Positions 1 to 7,667 of a DNA stretch of 64,000 bases are shown here, one piece after another. The translations under genes were made by a program, and so were the position numbers. The first letter of the stretch is position 1, and each line of letters begins with the position of its first letter. Under the pieces are notes generated by a model. It did no database searches, was not told the origin of the DNA, and worked only from the letters and a program-made list of their open reading frames with translations. The stretch is taken from contig CAXXMU010000006.1 in the NCBI GenBank assembly GCA_963667785.2, positions 192,001 through 256,000 of the forward strand, written 5' to 3'. This DNA comes from Alphaproteobacteria bacterium. GTDB taxonomy: Bacteria; Pseudomonadota; Alphaproteobacteria; UBA828.

Positions 1-60
1 CTGCGCGAGATGCGCCGCATCGTCGCCATCGCCGACCGGATCGGCGCCGCAAGAGAATGA
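1..60 (+). CDS. 3' end of an unidentified gene running in from the left edge
   Basis: Frame 1 reads LREMRRIVAIADRIGAARE to TGA at 58-60 with typical GC3-rich codons; too short to name. Confidence 0.5.
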   Translation: MREMRRIVAIADRIGAARE

Positions 61-75
61 GCGCAAACGGCGGAT

Positions 76-190
76 TGGCCCTCGCGGTCGACCGGGATCG
101 AGGAGGGTCCGAGCCCGGCCACTTCAGACATGGCCGCGCCGATTGCCTTCAACTAGCATTGAAACCGGACCACTCAGTGGGGGCCGGTCG
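76..190 (+). mobile_element. Probable right end of a decayed IS3-family (IS407-group-like) element
   Basis: WP...AAPIAFN-TAG followed by CATTGAAACCGGACCACTCAGTGGGGGCCGGTCG. This resembles, from recall, the transposase tail and right inverted repeat (..GGACCAC..TGGGGGCNGGTCA) of alphaproteobacterial IS407-group elements; terminal CA appears as CG. Confidence 0.4.
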
Positions 191-351
191 GGGTTCTTCG
201 AACACTGACACGTCTTCCCCCGATTCGCCGCACTCTTGGCGGAAAGGCTGCGTCGCGAGATCGAGTGCCTTGCGCGTCCCAGGGCCCACAGAGGGCTTTC
301 ACGCCCCGAACGTGCTCCTCTCGCGCCGCCGAGGGCGAAGCCGGCGCGTCT

Positions 352-392
352 GTTGACAGTCCTCGAAGCGAGGTCCTACCTTCCGGGTCAAC
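352..392 (+). promoter_or_regulatory. Putative sigma70 promoter of the sugar ABC operon with flanking inverted hexamers
   Basis: TTGACA 353-358, 17 nt spacer, CTACCT 376-381; GTTGAC 352-357 and GTCAAC 387-392 form an inverted pair. Confidence 0.4.
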
Positions 393-462
393 GTCTTTCG
401 CTTTCCCGGCGCGCGGTGCGTCGGCGGACGCAAGACAACCTTCTTCCAGGGAGAGGCAACAG

Positions 463-2130
463 ATGAAAGTTGAGGTCTTCAATCGACTCATGGCTGCCCA
501 GACCACCAGGCGCAGGATGCTGAAGGGCATGGCCGGCGCCGGCGCGATGGCTGCCGTTGCAGGAAGCGGGATCGGTGGCTTCGCCGGCTCGTCCTCGGCA
601 CAGGACAACGTCCGGGCCGAAATTCTCAAGATTCCGGGCGTCGGCGTCGGCTCTCCCATGGATTCCGACTGGCAGAAGGTGGGCGCGCTCTGCCTCGGGC
701 CGGCCAAGGAACATGTCTCCGAGGGCGAGTTTGAGGGTGTCGAGCTCACCTTCCTCGGCCTCAACAACCAGAACCTCCACAACTTCCTCTTCCGCGGCTT
801 CCTCAAGCCGTGGGAGGCCTATACCGGGGCCACGATCAACTGGATCGACCTCGCCCAGGCCGACTACAACGCCCGCCTGCAGCAGTCGATCGCCACCGGA
901 ACGGTCGACTTCGACATCATCGAGATGGGCGCGCCCTTCGAGGGCGACGTCTGCGGCAAGGGCCTCGCCTCGGTCATGCCCGACTGGGTGAAGAGCCAGA
1001 TCGACATGGACGACTACGTCGGCTACCTCAAGGCGCCGGTCGGCACCTGGGAAGGCAAGACCTACCGAATCTCGATCGACGGCGATTGCCACAATTTCAA
1101 CTATCGCACCGACTATTTCGAGGACGAGGATCTTGCGGCTGCCTGGGAGGCGGAAGGCCACGAGGGCCCGTGGGAGGTGCCGACGACCTGGCAGAAGGTC
1201 CAGGAGGTCACCAAGTTCCTCAAGGGCAAGAAGGTGGGCGGCTTCGACGCCTACGGCTACCTCGATCCGCTGAAGGGCTGGGGCGGCTTCGCCTTCTACT
1301 TCCTCGGCTCGCGGGCGACCGCCTATGCCAAGCACCCGGACGATCCGGCGTGGCTGTTCGACGCCGACACCATGAAGCCGCGCGTCAACAACCCGGCCTG
1401 GGTGCGCGCGATCCAGGACGTGCTGGACACGCTCGATTCCCAGCCGCCGGACCAGATCAACGCGGATCCGGGGACCACCGGCTTCCAGCAGTTCCTGGCG
1501 GGCACCGGCTCGATGCTGAGTTGGTGGGGCGACATCGGCTCCAACGCCAAGACCTCCGACACCTCGGTGGTGGGCGACACGGTGGGCTTCTCGATCCTCC
1601 CCGGCTCGGACGACGTGTACAACGCGGCGACCGGCGCATGGGAGACGCTGGCATCCGGCCCGAACTTCTCGCCCAACATGGCCTACATCGGCTGGGGCGT
1701 TTACGTCATGGCCCGCGTGGACGCCGACGCGCAGAAGCAGAAGGCGGCCTGGTCCGCCGCCGCCCATCTCGGCGGCAAGGACCTCTCGCTCTGGTGCGCC
1801 GCCTATCCGTCGGGCTTCCAGCCCTACCGGAACTCCCACTTCAACATTCCCGAGTGGGTGGGCGCGGGCTACGACGAGGCCTTCATCGCCGACTACCTCG
1901 CGTCGGAGGCGGATTCCTACAACCATCCCAACGCGGCGATCGAGCCGCGCATTCCGGGCATCTTCCAGTACTACTCGGTGGCCGAGGACGAGCTGGCGCG
2001 CATCTACGCCGGCGAGTACGGCGCCCAGGAAGGCGCGGACCGGATCGCGGCCGCGTGGGAGAAGATCACCGATCAGATCGGGCGCGAAAGCCAGATCGCG
2101 CTTTATCGGGCGTCGCTGGGTCTCTCATAG
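463..2130 (+). CDS. Sugar/polyol ABC transporter (CUT1) substrate-binding protein, Tat-exported
   Basis: ATG 463 after GGGAGAGG RBS; twin-arginine TTRRRMLK plus hydrophobic stretch ending SSAQ; family-1 SBP features (NYRTDYF, VPTTW); followed by two permeases and an ATPase. Confidence 0.9.
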   Translation: MKVEVFNRLMAAQTTRRRMLKGMAGAGAMAAVAGSGIGGFAGSSSAQDNVRAEILKIPGVGVGSPMDSDWQKVGALCLGPAKEHVSEGEFEGVELTFLGLNNQNLHNFLFRGFLKPWEAYTGATINWIDLAQADYNARLQQSIATGTVDFDIIEMGAPFEGDVCGKGLASVMPDWVKSQIDMDDYVGYLKAPVGTWEGKTYRISIDGDCHNFNYRTDYFEDEDLAAAWEAEGHEGPWEVPTTWQKVQEVTKFLKGKKVGGFDAYGYLDPLKGWGGFAFYFLGSRATAYAKHPDDPAWLFDADTMKPRVNNPAWVRAIQDVLDTLDSQPPDQINADPGTTGFQQFLAGTGSMLSWWGDIGSNAKTSDTSVVGDTVGFSILPGSDDVYNAATGAWETLASGPNFSPNMAYIGWGVYVMARVDADAQKQKAAWSAAAHLGGKDLSLWCAAYPSGFQPYRNSHFNIPEWVGAGYDEAFIADYLASEADSYNHPNAAIEPRIPGIFQYYSVAEDELARIYAGEYGAQEGADRIAAAWEKITDQIGRESQIALYRASLGLS

Positions 2131-2187
2131 CCCCGCGTTCTCGCTCGTGTCATTGGGATTGGCGGCCGTGAGGCCGCCAATCCTGCT

Positions 2188-3321
2188 TTGGCGGGCAGGC
2201 ACGTGAGCACCCCTGCGCAACTCGAGGGCAACCAGCTCTACGTCGTCACCTCCGATCACATGTCGCGCGGCCGCATCCTCGCCGGGCGCGCGCTGATGTG
2301 GGGGGCCGCGCTCGTCCTTCTGCTCATGGTGGTGATCCAGGGCCTCCGTGAGAACGAGAGCATCTCCTTCGGCTTCGAGACCTGGCGCCCGGTGCTCTAC
2401 GCCTATGCGTTTTGGGCGGTCTGTCTCTGTATCGGGCAGGTGCTGACGCGCGGCGAGCAGGGCAAGCGCGCGCTCTTCGTTCTGCCGGGTGTGCTGTTCG
2501 TCGTCTCGATGGTGATCTTCCCGATCCTGTTCGGGATCTACATCTCGCTCACCGACTGGAACCTCTCCTCGCTCACCGGGCGGAAGTTCAACGGCGTCGA
2601 CAATTTCGTGCAGATGGCCGGCGATTCGTTCTACTGGAACGCCCTCAAGAACATGGTCTACTACGTGCTCGCGATCAGCGTGGAATATGCGATCGCGTTC
2701 GGCCTGGCCCTCCTTCTCAACGCCCAGATTCGCGCCCGAAAATTCTTCCGGGTGGCGTTCCTCCTTCCCCTCATGCTCTCGCCGGTGGCGGTGAGCTGGA
2801 TGGTGGGGAAGTCGATGATGGAGATCCGCTTCGGCCCTCTCGCGAACCTCGGCCGGTTCCTTGGCTGGGAGACGCCGTCCTTCTTCGGGACGGCCGAGAT
2901 CGCGCGGCTCACCATGATGGTGATGGACGCGTGGACCTTCATTCCGTTCATGATGATCATGCTGCTCGCCGGGCTTCAGGCGTTGCCCAAGGACGTGGTG
3001 GAGGCGGCCAAGGTGGACGGGGCCTCGCGCTGGACCACCTTCTGGCACGTGACGTTTCCGCTGATGCTGCCGGTCAGCATCACGGCCATCCTCATCCGCA
3101 TCATCTTCAAGCTGAAGCTCGCGGACATCATCATCAACGTCACCGCCGGCGGCCCCGGCGGCGCCACGGATACCGTCACCAGCTTCATCTTCCGCGAGTA
3201 CCGTGACCGCTCCAACGTCGGCTACGGCACGCTGCTCGCCATGGTCTATCTGGTGCTGATCATCGTCTTCATCACGCTGCTGCTGAAGCTGGTGAGGCGC
3301 TGGATGCGGCAGTCGTACTGA
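2188..3321 (+). CDS. Carbohydrate ABC transporter permease (MalF-like)
   Basis: Multiple TM helices, EAA loop EAAKVDGASRW; start may be GTG 2203. Confidence 0.92.
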   Translation: MAGRHVSTPAQLEGNQLYVVTSDHMSRGRILAGRALMWGAALVLLLMVVIQGLRENESISFGFETWRPVLYAYAFWAVCLCIGQVLTRGEQGKRALFVLPGVLFVVSMVIFPILFGIYISLTDWNLSSLTGRKFNGVDNFVQMAGDSFYWNALKNMVYYVLAISVEYAIAFGLALLLNAQIRARKFFRVAFLLPLMLSPVAVSWMVGKSMMEIRFGPLANLGRFLGWETPSFFGTAEIARLTMMVMDAWTFIPFMMIMLLAGLQALPKDVVEAAKVDGASRWTTFWHVTFPLMLPVSITAILIRIIFKLKLADIIINVTAGGPGGATDTVTSFIFREYRDRSNVGYGTLLAMVYLVLIIVFITLLLKLVRRWMRQSY

Positions 3322-3367
3322 TGTCGTGTGCTGGAGCCGACGATGAATAGTCCCTGCGTGTCCCTTT

Positions 3368-3455
3368 CCGTCATGGCCGGGCATGTCCCGGCCATCCATG
3401 CTCCCTCGCCGCACTTGGCGCATGTGGATGCCGGGAACAAGTCCGGGCATGACGG
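3368..3455. repeat. CGTC-tagged palindromic REP-type doublet, copy 1
   Basis: CGTCATGGCCGGGCATGTCCCGGCCATCCA...TGGATGCCGGGAACAAGTCCGGGCATGACG; near-identical arms at 44924-45009. Confidence 0.85.
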
Positions 3456-3509
3456 TGGGAGGAAAGCGCTGTTCGTGCGTATTTCCGCTCAAGCTCTCCA
3501 GGCGGGGCC

Positions 3510-4436
3510 ATGAGCGCCGAGACCGGCCAGATCTTCAAGGATGCCGCGCCCGACCTGAAGTTCCGGGCCAAGTGGTACACGCGGCGCGTGCTGATCTACG
3601 GCACGCTGCTCTTCTGGACCGTGATCTGCCTCTTCCCCATCTACTGGACCGCGACGACCTCGTTCAAGATCGCGCCCGACGTGATGCAGGGGCACCTGAT
3701 TCCCTGGGCCGACTTCGAGCCGGCTTGGCGCGGCTGGCGCTCGCTCGGGCTCTCGCCGCAGACGATCTTCGAGACCTCGACCGTGCGCGAGGAGTTTCTC
3801 AAGCGCTTCACCAACAGTGTCATCACCTCGCTCGCGGCCTCGGCGCTGGCGGTCGTGCTCGGATCGATGGCGGCGTACGGCCTCAGCCGCTTCACCTACC
3901 GCCTCAAGTTCATCAAGAACCGAGACATCTCGTTCTTCTTCCTGAGCCAGTTGATCCTGCCGCCGGTGGTGCTCGCGCTGCCCTTCCTCGTGCTTTACAA
4001 GGAGCTCGCACTGCTCGACAGCCATATCGGGCTGATCCTGCTCTACACGCTGATGGTGCTCCCCATCGTCATCTGGATCATGCGTGACCAGTTCAGTGCC
4101 ATTCCGGTGGAGCTGGAGGAGGCCGCGCTGGTCGACGGGCTCTCGGTGTGGAAGGCGTTCCTCCAGATCGTGCTTCCGATCGCGCTGCCGGGGATGATCG
4201 CCGCGTTCATCCTCTCGCTGGTGCTGTGCTGGAACGAGTATTTCTTCGCCGCGCTGCTCACCAGCACCGACGCGAAGACGATCCCGGTCATGGTGGCGAG
4301 CCAGACCGGCAGCCAGGGCATCAACTGGTGGTCGATGGCCGCGCTCTCGTTCGCCGCGATCCTGCCGCTGGTGATCATCGGCATCGTCCTCGAGCGCTTC
4401 ATCATCAAGGGCATGGCGGCGGGAGCGGTGAAGTGA
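3510..4436 (+). CDS. Carbohydrate ABC transporter permease (MalG-like)
   Basis: EEAALVDG loop, WNEYFFA, C-terminal GMAAGAVK. Confidence 0.93.
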   Translation: MSAETGQIFKDAAPDLKFRAKWYTRRVLIYGTLLFWTVICLFPIYWTATTSFKIAPDVMQGHLIPWADFEPAWRGWRSLGLSPQTIFETSTVREEFLKRFTNSVITSLAASALAVVLGSMAAYGLSRFTYRLKFIKNRDISFFFLSQLILPPVVLALPFLVLYKELALLDSHIGLILLYTLMVLPIVIWIMRDQFSAIPVELEEAALVDGLSVWKAFLQIVLPIALPGMIAAFILSLVLCWNEYFFAALLTSTDAKTIPVMVASQTGSQGINWWSMAALSFAAILPLVIIGIVLERFIIKGMAAGAVK

Positions 4437-4517
4437 CGGCGGGCGGGTGGACAGGCGCCGCCGCCTCGGCTACCTCACCGGGGCCGGCGGGCGCGACGCG
4501 GGAGGCGAAGCGGCACC

Positions 4518-5582
4518 ATGGCTGAGGTCACCATTCGCCAGCTGCGAAAATCGTTCGGGTCGGTCGAGGTCATCCGCGGCGTCGACATCGACATCCCGGA
4601 CGGCGAGTTCGTGGTGCTGGTGGGCCCCTCCGGCTGCGGCAAGTCCACCTTGCTGCGCATGATCGCGGGCCTCGAGGACGTGACCGCAGGCACGATCCGC
4701 ATCGGCGAGCGCGTCGTCAACAACCTGCCGCCGGCGGAGCGCGACATCGCCATGGTGTTCCAGAACTACGCGCTCTATCCGCACAAGACGGTGGCGGCCA
4801 ACCTCGCGTTTTCGCTGAAGGTGCGAAAGACCGACCGCGCCGTCGTGAAGGAGCGCGTGGAACAGGCGGCGGAGACGCTGGGCCTCACGCCCTACCTGCA
4901 CCGCTACCCGCGCCAGCTTTCGGGGGGCCAGCGCCAGCGCGTGGCCATGGGCCGGGCGATCGTGCGCGACCCTCAGGTCTTCCTGTTCGACGAGCCGCTG
5001 TCGAACCTCGATGCCAAGCTCCGCATCCAGATGCGCACCGAGATCAAGGAGCTGTACCAGCGCCTCGGCACCACCACCGTCTTCGTCACCCACGACCAGA
5101 TCGAGGCGATGACCATGGCGGACAAGATCGTGGTCATGGAGGACGGCCTCGTCGAGCAGGTGGGCACTCCCCTTGAGTTGTTCGACCGTCCCAGGAACGT
5201 GTTCGTGGCGACCTTCATCGGCTCGCCTGCCATGAACCTGATCCACGGCACCGTGCGCCGCGACGGCGCGCCCCACGTGGAGGCGAACGGGCACCGGCTG
5301 CCGGTCAGGCCGGACCGCGAGGCGCCGGACGGCCACTCCGTGATCTACGGGATCAGACCGGAGCATCTCGACCTCGCTGAAGACGGAGGCGGCTTTCCCG
5401 CGCGCGTCGCCGTGGTCGAGCCCACCGGCTCGGAGACGCTGGTCTTCCTGCGCTTCGGGGAGACCGAGGTCGTGGCGCTCTTCCGGGACCGGCACTTCTT
5501 CAAGCCGGGCGAGACGGTGCACCTCCGCCCGCGCACGGATCAGACACACCTCTTCGACGCTGCGACCGGCGTCCGCCTCTGA
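4518..5582 (+). CDS. Carbohydrate ABC transporter ATP-binding protein (MalK/UgpC-like)
   Basis: Walker A GPSGCGKS, VFQNYALYPH, LSGGQRQR, DEPLSNLD, TOBE-like tail. Confidence 0.96.
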   Translation: MAEVTIRQLRKSFGSVEVIRGVDIDIPDGEFVVLVGPSGCGKSTLLRMIAGLEDVTAGTIRIGERVVNNLPPAERDIAMVFQNYALYPHKTVAANLAFSLKVRKTDRAVVKERVEQAAETLGLTPYLHRYPRQLSGGQRQRVAMGRAIVRDPQVFLFDEPLSNLDAKLRIQMRTEIKELYQRLGTTTVFVTHDQIEAMTMADKIVVMEDGLVEQVGTPLELFDRPRNVFVATFIGSPAMNLIHGTVRRDGAPHVEANGHRLPVRPDREAPDGHSVIYGIRPEHLDLAEDGGGFPARVAVVEPTGSETLVFLRFGETEVVALFRDRHFFKPGETVHLRPRTDQTHLFDAATGVRL

Positions 5583-5632
5583 CCCGGGACCGCGCGCACG
5601 CCCGCCGCCGGCCGCACGCCGAGAACGAGAGA

Positions 5633-6631
5633 ATGCGCGACGCCGCTCCGCCCTGCTACGCCGCCAGGCTGAACTCCTTCAAGGTCGGCGCCGAAGCCTA
5701 CTGGCCCGGCAGGAACCGGGTGACGACCGTAGACCTGCTGGAGCGCGCGGCGACGGTGGAGGGTCTCAACGCCGCCGATCTCAACTACCCGGATCACTTC
5801 GAGGGCACGAGCCCGCGGGAGCTCGCCGCCGTGCTCGACCGGCTCGGCATCGGGCTGAACGGCCTCGCCATGCGCTACTACTCGGACCCCGACTTCCGGC
5901 TCGGCGCGCTCACCAATCCCGACCCCGTCCGGCGGCGGAAGGCCATCGACCTCACCCGGCGCGGTCTCGACACCCTCGCCGAGATGGGCGGGACGCTGAT
6001 GACGCTCTGGCTCGGCCAGGACGGCTTCGACTATCCCTTCCAGGCCGACTACGGGCGGATGTGGGACGACACCATCGCGGCCGTTCGCGAGATCGCCGGG
6101 CACAACCCGGAGATCGACATCGCGCTCGAGTACAAGCCCGACGAGCCGCGCAGCTACTCCCTCATGCCCGACGTGGGCACGACCCTGCTCGCGATCCGCG
6201 AGGCGGGGGCGGCGAACCTCGGCGTCACGCTCGACTTCGCGCACGTCCTCTATGCCGGCGAGATGCCGGCGCACGCGGCCTGCCTCGTGGACCGCCACTC
6301 CCGCCTGCTCGGCATCCAGCTCAACGACGGCTACGGCAAGCGCGACGACGGCCTGATGGCGGCGACCGTCCACCCCGTTCAAACCGTCGAACTGCTGGTG
6401 GCGCTGGGCCGCTGCGGCTACGGGCGCGCGATCTATTTCGACACGTTCCCCGACACCGGCGGGCTCGACCCGGTGGCGGAGTGCCGGGCCAACATCGAGA
6501 CCATCGAGCGCCTGCAGGAGGTCGCCGCATCGCTCGCAGATGACGAGCGCCTGGCACGGGCGATCGCCCGACACGACGCGACGGCGAGCCAGCGGATCGT
6601 GGCCGCCGCGCTCTACGGAGGGCGCCGTTGA
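5633..6631 (+). CDS. Xylose-isomerase-like TIM-barrel sugar isomerase
   Basis: WLGQDG, EYKPDEPR, TLDFAH, QLND and YFDTFP metal-binding motifs of the xylose isomerase family. Confidence 0.85.
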   Translation: MRDAAPPCYAARLNSFKVGAEAYWPGRNRVTTVDLLERAATVEGLNAADLNYPDHFEGTSPRELAAVLDRLGIGLNGLAMRYYSDPDFRLGALTNPDPVRRRKAIDLTRRGLDTLAEMGGTLMTLWLGQDGFDYPFQADYGRMWDDTIAAVREIAGHNPEIDIALEYKPDEPRSYSLMPDVGTTLLAIREAGAANLGVTLDFAHVLYAGEMPAHAACLVDRHSRLLGIQLNDGYGKRDDGLMAATVHPVQTVELLVALGRCGYGRAIYFDTFPDTGGLDPVAECRANIETIERLQEVAASLADDERLARAIARHDATASQRIVAAALYGGRR

Positions 6632-7584
6632 GCGGCGGGGTGGTCGTCGTCGGCTCCCTGCATCTGGACGTCGTCGTCACCGCGCCGCGCCTGCCCGCCC
6701 CGGACGAGACCGTCATGGGAGAGGCGGTCACGCTCGTGTGCGGAGGCAAGGGCGGCAACCAGGCGGTCGCTGCGAGCCGCCACGGCGCGCCGACCGCCAT
6801 GCTGGGGCGCGTGGGCGGCGACGTCTTCGCGGCAGCGCTCGTCGACAATCTCCGCGCGGCCGGCGTCGACACCTCCCTGATCCAGCAGGACGAGGCGGCC
6901 ATGTCGGGCCTCAGCGTCGCGGTCGTCGGCGCCGACGGGGAATACGGTGCGGTGGTGGTCTCGGCCGCCAATCGAGGGCTCTCTGCGGACGGCTTCGCGC
7001 TGCCGGAGGGCGCCCGCGTCTTCGTCCTGCAGAACGAGGTGCCGGAGGCGGTCAACCGGGCGGTCGCGGCCGAGGCCCGCCGACGCGGCGCGACCGTGGT
7101 GCTCAACGCGGCGCCCATGCGCCCGACGGCGCCGGAGACGATGCACCTCGTGGACCTCCTCATCGTCAACCGCATCGAGGCGGAGGCGTTGTTCGAGACT
7201 CCGATACACGGCGTGAAGGATGCCCTCGCCGCAGCGAAATGGGCCGGGGGCGGATTCGACGGGGAGGCGATCGTCACCCTGGGGAGCGATGGCTTGGTTC
7301 ACCGTGATCGCAGCGGCGCGGTGCGGCACCATGCGGTCCGCCCGGCGCCGGTGGTCTCGGCGCACGGTGCAGGCGACGTGTTCGTGGGCGCGCTCTCCGC
7401 CCGTCTGGCCGTCCCCGCCGCCATGGACGAGGCCATCGCCGACGCCCAGGCTGCCGCCGCCCGCTTCGTGTCGACCCCCCTCGGGGAGCGGGGACTATCG
7501 ATCGCGGCCGGCCCCGCTTCGGTTGTTTCTCGGGCACCTTCAGCCCCTCGCGCCGCCCCAGGCGCTCGACCCGCTTGTCGTTGA
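6628..7584 (+). CDS. PfkB/ribokinase-family carbohydrate kinase; C-terminus runs into an IS fragment
   Basis: GSLHLD, GGKGGNQAVA, LQNE, NAAP, GAGD anion hole; TTG start overlaps upstream TGA. Confidence 0.9.
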   Translation: MSGGVVVVGSLHLDVVVTAPRLPAPDETVMGEAVTLVCGGKGGNQAVAASRHGAPTAMLGRVGGDVFAAALVDNLRAAGVDTSLIQQDEAAMSGLSVAVVGADGEYGAVVVSAANRGLSADGFALPEGARVFVLQNEVPEAVNRAVAAEARRRGATVVLNAAPMRPTAPETMHLVDLLIVNRIEAEALFETPIHGVKDALAAAKWAGGGFDGEAIVTLGSDGLVHRDRSGAVRHHAVRPAPVVSAHGAGDVFVGALSARLAVPAAMDEAIADAQAAAARFVSTPLGERGLSIAAGPASVVSRAPSAPRAAPGARPACR

Positions 7585-7590
7585 CCTGCC
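7507..7590 (-). mobile_element. IS3-family (IS407-group) transposase OrfB internal fragment
   Basis: Minus strand reads QVNDKRVERLGRREGLKVPEKQPKRGR, matching the recalled OrfB motif VNxKRVERIWRREGLKVPxKQPKRGRLW. Confidence 0.8.
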
Positions 7591-7667
7591 GCGGGCAGTC
7601 CTACAGAGCGTGGATGACGTTCGCGGCGAGAGAGACGCAGTAGACCGCGAGACGGATATGGCAGACC

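Noticed and set aside
265-462. 66-aa N-terminal extension of the sugar SBP given by the ORF track
   Set aside because: RBS and Tat signal place the start at 463; the extension overlaps the putative promoter
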